DNA of 64,000 nt from Lingula anatina (Eukaryota > Animalia > Brachiopoda): NCBI GenBank assembly GCA_051362555.1, contig CM120645.1, positions 1,488,001 through 1,552,000 of the forward strand. The letters are read 5' to 3'. The notes under the pieces are model-generated. The model saw only the letters and a program-made list of their open reading frames with translations, ran no database searches and was not told where the DNA came from. Position 1 is the stretch's first letter. Each line of letters starts with the position of its first letter. Positions 51,601 through 62,104 of this stretch are shown piece by piece. The position numbers and the translations under genes are program-made.

Positions 51601-54600
51601 CCAATGACTAGCATTGCAACCTGTCAGTTTATTACCTGTCTCACCTGTAATATGCCGAACATACCAACTAGTGAGACATATCTCTAGAGTGAAATTATAT
51701 GTACATCATAGTCATATTCCATTCGCTATCAGAATTGGTTTTTTGGTACACTACTTGCTTCAAGAACATTTTCACAACAACTCATTTTGTTCTTCAGACA
51801 ATTACATAATCATGACTACATAGAATGTTGAAAATTTATAACTCGGACTTCACAAAAAGTTTTTTCCATTTAATTTAAATAAACAAACATGCATGAATCA
51901 TATTAATGTTAACTCTGTCACCAAGTTTAACTTTGCCAGCATATTTTTGGATAATTGTTGAATCTTTTTATGTCTTTCTCTGAGGGTTTTTTTTTATTTG
52001 ATGTTTTTATCACTGTGACAAAAGCATGCCTGCATGTGTTGTCCAGATCTTGTGACTTAAAAAGAGAATGTTTGTATAAGGGTTGCATTGCATTCACTTT
52101 TATCAGGTCAACAAGTCAAATTCTCTGATATGATTGGTCGCATGCAATACGAATACGAATTTTTATAGACCCCATATCATTATGAATCCTGTGACTGAAG
52201 TGACTGAATAATAAATAAATGAACAGGGATGCACATAGTGGTTGACTGGTAGACTTGAAGTTGACATGCAAACACAAACAGTTTCATACATGGTATGTCT
52301 AATTTGAATTTCTTCAGCATTCTATTTGGCAATGTGTAGTTACCTTAGGCTACCATGTTTACAGATACATGAAAGTAACTTTAACAAAGTTGGTTATATA
52401 ATGTGCAGAAGTGGAAAGGCATGCAAGAAATGCTGCCATATATAACACAAACATTTGCTACAGTATCAGGCTCATGTTTTCTTCCAAACTTCCATAATTT
52501 ACCATTGTTACCACTGTGACTATGGTTTCTCTTTCTTTAACAGTTAAATATTTCCTTGAAAACATACAACAAATAGTTCTATGATAATTTTTGGTCTTTA
52601 TCTACATTATAAAAGAAAAGATGAAATGGCTAGATATACATGACATGCTGCTTTGAAGTAAGGACAGTAGATTTCCTTTAAATAAGTTTTAAGTTCCAAC
52701 ATATTTGAATATTTATTCATGTAATTTACTAATCAATGTTAATATAATCTTTCTTGACTCCAGGAAAACAGATAACAATACTGAATGAACCTATTTTTTC
52801 CTTTCAGTTACTGCTGGAAACTGTAAACACTGCCAAAGAAATACAACTCACCACTTTAATAAGAGGGACTTTTTTAAATTGACAGTTTTTAACTAAAAAA
52901 GGAAAAAAGGAGGACAACTTGCCTGCATTTTTGGCCAAAAAAATGCCTCGTTCTCGTTCAGGCTCCGTGGCCTCACTGAGGTCCGTCACCTCCACTGCCA
53001 GCGTCGCCAACGGCGCCCACACCACCTACTTCGCCAAAGTCTGGCTGAAACCTCCCCACGAGCTTTTCATGACAGACAAGGGAAAACACGGGATTAAAAT
53101 CACATGTGGCAATGAATCGCCACAATTGACCTCGTGGTGGATTAGCACCTTAAAGGCAAGCTACCCCCAGGATTCATGCTCTGATGACGGCCGCTTTTTC
53201 AGAATGAGGCCAGAACATGGAGTGTTCTTGAAGCTGGACAAGAAGCATGGGTTGTTGAAGATCAAGGGGAATGACCACTACCAATGGTTTCTGGAGAATA
53301 TCGAGGAGGTGTTACAGGCAGGCGGGATTGAGGTCACACTAATGGCGGATCTCTTCAACCAAATAGGAAGACAGCTGGGTATTGATGGAATATCGGTAAG
53401 TTTTGCTTATGGATATAACAGCTTTAATTCAATGTTAAGATTTCTCAAATGATACAGGGAAATAGCATTTCTTTTACCTCACCATTTTAATTTTGTTTTC
53501 AATAGTTCTATAATGAGTGTTTCAATTTTCTTTTGAAGCTTATGGGTAAACACATATCTTTAATCAACTCTTTTAAATTATCATTTTATTATAACTTTTT
53601 GTTCTCTGCCTAAAGGAATGCAAATTTTGTTGAAAAACAAATAATCTAAAATAGGTAAAACAAATCTCCAAAGATCAAGTCAAAACAGCAAATCAAGGTC
53701 TAAATAACATCTCTCTCTACTTCAGGCAACAAGTCTACTGGAGAATCTCCCAGACACTGGAGCAATACAGAATGGCGCTGGCTCCATCTATAGTCTTTGG
53801 AAGACACTACTGGACAGGTGGATGGGTTTTGGCGGAACTATCACCGTGGCATCACCAGTGTTAGACCCAGAGAGGTTCATGGACTTAATTCTCCTCATGA
53901 TCAAAAATGACCGTGAAGGGTTCACACTTAAACTTGTAACATCAGAGAGATGTGATGGTGAACACAGTTTAAAACATACAAAGATGGTTGCTAGGGACTT
54001 GTTAAAGAAATTGAAAACAACCGGTAAGCGAAGGCGACTGGTGACTGATGAAAAAATAGACTGGGCGTATAAGCACATTGAAACAAAAACGACCATCTTT
54101 AACTGCCGTTTTATTGGGATGAGTACTCCACACAAGGCAGAGGTGATGGTCACCAGCGCTGGCTTCATACGGCGTTACTTCCACAATGATCTCAAAGACT
54201 CAATCTCGTTTTTCCGCCTCACACCCTCAGAGTACAGGACAAATTACATAGACCCCTTGGGGATAGAGCAGAAGACGAGTTTCTGAGTCTTGGTCAACAA
54301 AATAGTCAAAGTTCTTCATTTTACAAAAAAATATTTAACTATTTTTACGAAATGTTTAAAGTAGTCCAGGTTGACTAAAGTAAAACATGGAATTTTTTTC
54401 AGCTAAGTTTAGTATGGGATTGTCAAATGCTTCCTTATTTGATTGAAATAATAAGTTTATCATAGTGGCCCTAGAATATCAGTATTTAGGTAGATATTAC
54501 CTCAGAGTTTTACACTTACCAACCAACCAAGTTGCTATGTCTACCAATGAGAATGTTCACTCAACGAGGTTGTGATAAGAATTTTGCAAGAGTTGAGTCC

Positions 54601-57600
54601 CCCACGACAATAACTATATATGACTGTGTATGGAATAACTTCAGATCTATGCAAATACAATAACATGATAACATCGATACTTTGAAAGGTTTTTTTTAAT
54701 CTACTGCTAAGATTACAATTTTCATTCTCCAATATTTGTATTTCTGTCTTGTGCTTCCTTATCTCAGTCTATGGTGCTCTACTTCAACTAAGGGCATGAT
54801 AACACTTATGCGTTACAAGTTGAACACATCTTAATGTGTGTACTTAAAAGTACAATTCACAAATTCAGTTCGGCTTGTTCAGAAAAGTTTCTGATTTTAA
54901 GCATCTTCAGTATCATACTGTTTTTTCCCCTAACAAGTTTTCAAGGGTTATGAAATTCACTTCAGAGTGAACTTCTGTTTGCTTTGCAAGAGTCTTTACA
55001 CCAGAAGTGTTGGCAAGTTTGGTGTGTACTAATGGAGAGAAATGATGTTTGGTTCAGATGTTTGTGCAGAATGCTGCAGTGTTTGTGACTGTTACAATGA
55101 CCAAATATACTCTATATGAACGGGGCCTTTTTAATTTGAAAAACACAAAAACAAAGCTATTTCTTTAATATCAAGTCATTAAAATTGATCATTTTTCATA
55201 CTAGACATCAACTGGTCCTAAAAATGGACTATTCCCCCCAAAAGTAAGACAAAACCCAGTTTTGTTGCTTTTCTCTAATTAATTTAATAACCATCAATCA
55301 GTGATCTTGATAAAGGTAATTCTGATACTGACCAAAGTTTGCATGCAGGGGCCAAAGGTTTAAAACCTGACCAGAGTAGAAACTTTGTGTACCATAAGCT
55401 TCAAGGCAGTTATTAGAAAAGAGTATGCCTCCTAAGAAGGTAGATCATTTGACTGCTGTGTTGGTTTTGTTACTTGTTGAATGAGCTATTTTTACATGAT
55501 AAACATTGTATGACAACCATTTTGAATTATAACTAATAAAATATTTTTAAAAAATCTTGTCATTGGCTCCTGTTGGTGATTTATCACAGAAACATCTATC
55601 AACATGAGAACCTTCCTCTTTAATTTAAGATTTAATGAAAAAACATACCTTTCACTTGTACTTTGATCATAAAGTAAATATTTCTACATAAACTAGCAAA
55701 AAAGCTTACCACTGGTGCAAACCTCATGGCAAAGAGAAAATGCTCACAGTAAGGTTACACTTACCCTTCATAACAAGGTTCAGATCTCATGTTGTTGAAA
55801 CTACCTTTTTATTGTATCCCAAAGTATAGATTGAAGGATTTATCCTTCATTACATTATAAATTTCAGAACTCTTCTTCTGGAAAGCACCCAAAATGTTGC
55901 ATCCTCACATGACTAGGATAACAGTTAAACTTTAGTTTTTGGCTTAAACGAAACGCCGGTGTGGAAACACCCACATGATATACGCTACAGTCGCTATGGC
56001 AACACTTACCCCTCACTACAAGGCTTGGGGCACATGTCATAAAAGCTACCCACGCTGTCTATACTGGCCACTGTCCTCTTTGTTCCCTCTATGTCCAGTT
56101 CCAAACCAGACCCCTCAATCCGCGCCTTTAGTGTCTCGTAGGTGGCCAGGAGGTCCACCGTACTGGAGAGGTCAGCTTTACGAATTGTGAAGGGAATTGT
56201 TTCCTACAAGAACAATATATTCAGTTCAAACTCAATTCATAAACAATGTGAGAAGTTATCACACACACTGTCAGGGATGCCTAGTAAGAAAACAAACATT
56301 TCAAACTGTACACTGGACTTGTCATAAAATAAAATTTTATTTTCACTGTATACATCAAGGAATACATAGCCTAATCCGAGAAATGTCCTTTCTAATATCA
56401 CTTGTTTGGTTAAATATACCAAATTTCAGAGAACATTTTTGAGATCTACAGCTTATCTTTTTTCATTTATCTAGTGACTTGCTTACTCTGTGTGTGGGGG
56501 AAGAATCTTGTTAAAATGTGATAGGGATTGATTGATTGATTTTTTTTTCATTAAACTTACATCTACTTTGTCCAAAAACAGAATTTTATTTAATTATCCA
56601 TTTATTCCTTCATTTCAAGTAGTCGACTAATTTAAATGTGTGCACCTACATTGACTTTTTGACTCTTATCATTATCATTTATCTATTTTTCTTTTAATTA
56701 ATTTATCTTTATTTATTTATTTATCTTAAAAAGCACCCCTACCCCTTCCATCCACACATTGTCAACTGTCATGGCAACATTAGGCATCAGAACTGTGGCG
56801 AGTGCCTGCAGCTGACCAACGATGTCCTGACGCAGCGTCAGGGAGTGGAGCAGGAGCTGGGTCATGTTGACCCCAGGAACCTTGAGAATGACCTTCAAAC
56901 TGGGAAGAAAAAATACAAAGTAGCTTTTACAGTTATTGACTCAGATTGTTCAGCATCTGCACATTAAAACAATGCCTGTAAAAAAAAGCAAGTTTCTGAG
57001 ATGTCTTAAGATTTTAAGAAAATTTGTTTGAAGTTCACAAACAATGATGAAAACAGTGTAATGCAAATAAAAAGTTATAATTTGGTTCAAAGAAGCTTGA
57101 AAGCTAGGAAAAGGCACCCTTACAGAAATTCCTGTAGGATCCTATAGAAATTTCTATAGAAAATTTCATTAAGGATGTGTATACAATCCATAGGTTAAAC
57201 AGAAACACAAATTTTACCAGTCACTCTGATCTTATCTTTGGGGACCTACTTAGTGAAATCCAGAGGGTCCACTGCCCTGTAGGCTGCAGCATTACTGTTG
57301 GGACCAACCAGAAACTGAGATGGCAATGAAAACAAGGTCTTCAAAATGGCAGCTGTTTCATTATTGGATATAACTGAAGTCTCTCCTTGGTAGTAAAACT
57401 TGATGGTGTCCTGAGGAAGATATCAACAGAATAAATGGCATCACAAAGCTATAGTTGTTTTTCTTTCTTTTTGGACGTAGAGATCTTTCATTTCTCATGG
57501 GGAGGGGGGTTAGAGATCCTAATGTTCAATTTCATTTTTAAATCTACAATCAATCATTCACTATAAATTCAAATTATAACCAACCTTGGTAAAGTTATGG

Positions 57601-60600
57601 GGTGAGAAGACATTGCTACTGCTGATATTTCCAGGAAGGACTGATTTGAGTTTTCCAAAAAAGTTCTCCAAAAGCTCCTTCCTGTCAGAGTCAGACATTG
57701 CAGTGAAATCAGCACAGGGGAAAAACACTTCCATCTCATCACTGAAAAGAAAAACAATTTTTTTCTTCAAATAATCAGTACCAAAACTTGTTGAAAGAAT
57801 TAAGTTTTAATGAAATAAACTCCATAGCATCATTAAAGACAACAACAGAGAAGTTTGTCTTCAAAAGATGTACTCAAAGCAAACACATAAAATACAAGGA
57901 CAAAACTCCCTGAAATAACAATATATAGTACATACGGGCATATCTCAGTACAAACTGGGAAATGGTGATAGTTCATTCTGTTGCACCAGGTACAGTGGCC
58001 AAGTGCCTCGCAGGAAGTCTTGTTTGATCTAAAAAATACAAATTGCATTCGATGTATTTTTTATGTAACAAATTATATATAGCATCCAAAAACAAGTTCA
58101 GTTCTATTATTGAAATGAGTTTCCAAAATTGTACTAAAAAGACTGGTATTTAAATGTCAAGGAATATATGATGATGAATCACGTACAACACTCAATCAAA
58201 TTTAATTAAGTAATTATGATGAACAATCCTTTATTATTAGAACTGAAAAAATTACCAGAAAATAAATATGACTGTGGTGCACAGCAAAAAATGTTTCCAC
58301 TAGTAGCCAAAAATTATTAATTTCACAAATACAAAAATTGAGATATTTATGTAATTTTAACTAGTTATAAAGACCACACCTTGTACTGCACTGTGGTTTA
58401 CACTCGGGCAGCTTCAGACTGGGTTCTGCCACTGTCTGCTTTGGAGCTTTGATGGGAGGGACTTAAAAGTAAGAAAATATGGAAATAATATAACATTTAA
58501 AAGACACACTTTTTATATGAATTATGACAATGGATCCTTGGTAAATCATCAGGATATGTTTTAAAATAATGCCAGTTGCACAAAGATGGAATCACACATG
58601 CAAGTGCAATGTTAAAGTTAAGTTGAGATACTCACCGAGACAAACCATACCAATCTGGACTTGTGTGTATATATGTGAACCTACAAGATGAGCTGACCTA
58701 TATATTTACTCACCAGGACAGACCATATCTGACTGGACTTGTGTGTATGTGTTGGCACACTGGTCATAACCCTGGGCACCACAGGAACATGGACACTAAA
58801 ACACAAGAAGCAGCGTGATTGTACTTTTTTATCAGAACATGTTATTTCCCACATACATGTGGTTTTTATCTGCTTTTACAAAACAATGCTTTGCCTGAAC
58901 CTAATAAAGAAAATCTCCAGATTAATTGTAGTATTAGTGAATTTTTTTTATTTGCATGTATCTATATAGGACTTTATATTCACTAATATGCATATCATAC
59001 ATCATCTAGATCTTGTATTTATAGACAACATCAAAACATATATCAGCCTTTATCATCCTCATTCTTGGAGTAGAATAACTGAGAAAACTAGACCACCAGT
59101 GCTCACCTGACAGAAGGCCAGGAACTTGTCACACAGGGTACAGGAATCTGCACACAGACAGCTCTGAAATGCAAAGAAAGATTTTCTTGAATACAAAAAA
59201 GATATAATAAAGTAAACTTCTACAAAAAGGTGCTCAAATAATTTCAATCGTCATGCTGAAGGTGGTTATTACTTAATAATAATAAATAAATAAAATAATA
59301 ATAATAAATTCAAATACCTAGCTAGCATTTTCTAGGAATAAACCTCTCTTGATTTATCATCTTCAGATACTCACAAAAAATAGCCTGGCCCAGTGGGACA
59401 GCCCTTTGGAGTCACAACTAACACACTGGCTACTCACCCCTCCAGCACTCAGCCCAGTGGGACAGCCCTTTGGAGTCACAACTAACACACTGACTACTCA
59501 CCCCTCCAGCACTCAGCCCAGTGGGACAGCCCCTTGGAGTGACAATTAACACACTGGCTACTCACCCCTCCAGCACTCTGCCCAGTGGGACAGCCCTTTG
59601 GAGTCACAACTAACACACTGGCTACTCACCCCTCCAGCACTCAGCCCAGTGGGACAGTCCTTTGGAGTCACAACTAACACACTGGCTACTCACCCCTCCA
59701 GCACTCAGCCCAGTGGGACAGCCCTTTGGAGTCACAACTAACACACTGGCCACTCACCCCTCCAGCACTCAGCCCAGTGGGACAGCCCTTTGGAGTCACG
59801 ACTAACACACTGGCTACTCACCCCTCCAGCACTCAGCCCAGTGGGACAGCCCTTTGGAGTCACAACTAACACACTGGCTACTCACCCCTCCAGCACTCAG
59901 CCCAGTGGGACAGTCCTTTGGAGTCACAACTAACACACTGGCTACTCACCCCTCCAGCACTCAGCCCAGTGGGACAGTCCTTTGGAGTCACAACTAACAC
60001 ACCGGCTACTCACCCCTCCAGCACTCAGCCCAGTGGGACAGTCCTTTGGAGTCACAACTAACACACTGGCTACTCACCCCTCCAGCACTCAGCCCAGTGG
60101 GACAGTCCTTTGGAGTCACAACTAACACACTGGCCACTCACCCCTCCAGCACTCAGCCCAGTGGGACAGTCCTTTGGAGTCACAACTAACACACTGGCTA
60201 CTCACCCCTCCAGCACTCAGCCCAGTGGGACAGCCCTTTGGAGTCACTAGCAGGAATGTGTTGGTGCCATTCACTGCAGCCAGCACAAACTGGCGACATC
60301 TGGTGTTCTCACTTGGGGAGCTGCTGGTGAAGCGGAAGTCGCTGGTGTCGTAGAACATTTGAGCCTTGTGATCTGCAACACTACTGCACCAAGTTGGCTA
60401 TAAGCAATTTTAATAGATATGTATTACTTTTTAAGTCATGGTTAAGATTGACATTGCATGTATTAATGGTTTCTGGGTTTTCTTTGAATATTACCACAAA
60501 AAAATTATGATTAAGTTTATATCTCCAGTTTAATACTTTCATGCAGTTAAAAAACAAGACAGTTACAGCTATATTTAGATATTTTATTTATTTATTTATT

Positions 60601-62043
60601 TTATTTTTTTTTTAAGGTTTTGAACTAGGAATATGGTTAACTTCATTTATGAGCCCGATTATTTGAAAACCCACGTAGAGACAGCCATGTGAAATATGCC
60701 CAAAATTTTTCACAAATTTAGAATATGCTTATCCAATAGTTAAAGCGGACTTAGGCTTAACACTATTCATTCAGGTTAAATACCATTATGATTTTTCTTT
60801 ATAAATGAAAAAAAAAACTATTTTCAGAGTCAGCAAGAATTCACCCCAGGTCCATTACCTTGAGGAAAGTCCCCTTATTGGTAAGATACTCCCCCAGCCA
60901 CGGCAACCTCTCAGTCAGGTGCTGGTGTTGAACCTGTTGAACGTTTCCTGTCGCATATGATTCTATGAAGTAACTGCAATTATAAATATTAATTAAATTA
61001 TAGTGATTATAATAACAGATTTATTAAGAACGAAACATAGGAAAATCCACAAAATAATGGTGTGTGAAGGTTTAACATTTAATAAATAGCATCAGTACAA
61101 TAATCAGTAGTATTCTCACCCACTGTCATCCAATAGTGAACATTCATACTGCCCAGTGCCACATTCTGGGATTGAGTTCATCAGTAATGCCTCAAAGTAA
61201 TGCTCGGTAATGTCTGCAGCCGTGACACCAGCCAGATAGTCACTGGGATCATGAAGGCCATTCCTACTGTAAACAAAGACATACCACCCAGCTATAACTT
61301 AGTGAAATATATGTTCACTATCACAATTTAACTGCTTCAAATGAAACATTAGAATCCAAAAATATTAGCTGGTAATATACACCATTTAAAAATTTTTTTC
61401 AAAATCTCTGGAAGGTGCATCAAGAAATCCAACCCCCCCCCCTCCATCCACCAGCCCCCTCCCCCTCCCCCATGCAGCCTTCTATATAGAGCCATCAGGG
61501 ATGATACCAGTCCTTACCGTAGAAGTAGAAAAATTGGCCCAGGGTCCAGGGTACACAATTCACAAGAATGACCCAAACGACCCTGAAAAAGTCGGAATTC
61601 TGACAAAAGTCGGAAAAGTCTCATCAGTGAACCATGCTGTTTTATGTTGCATCTATTAAATAAGATTTACCTGCCCTGGTAAAACACTCTGCTGACTGTG
61701 ACTAAGTTCTTGTCTCCAAGACTCCCAGCCTCAGGTCTAGAGAACGTGTACACCTCGGGGCGACTCATGGCGCGCTTGTACCACGCATGCTCAACAGGGT
61801 TGTATGTCTTGTCTGCCACAAAGCCTGGAAACACACGGAAAACACCTGTCTCTGTCCCGATGTATCTGGAATAGAATTAACAAGCCTCAGTCTTGAAGAA
61901 AAGAAATGCAAAATTAAGGTATTTCATGAGAAAATGAGTGAAGTGTATGAGAAAGAGATGAACTTGGAGTAAAAAATGATGATGCAGCCAAGATAATTTC
62001 ATAATATTGTCCCATCTGTAGATAATAATTATTAGTTAACAAT

Positions 62044-62104
<61 letters not shown>

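Noticed and set aside
61497-61629. Possible small hAT MITE
   Set aside because: The TIR match is weak and there is no TSD.
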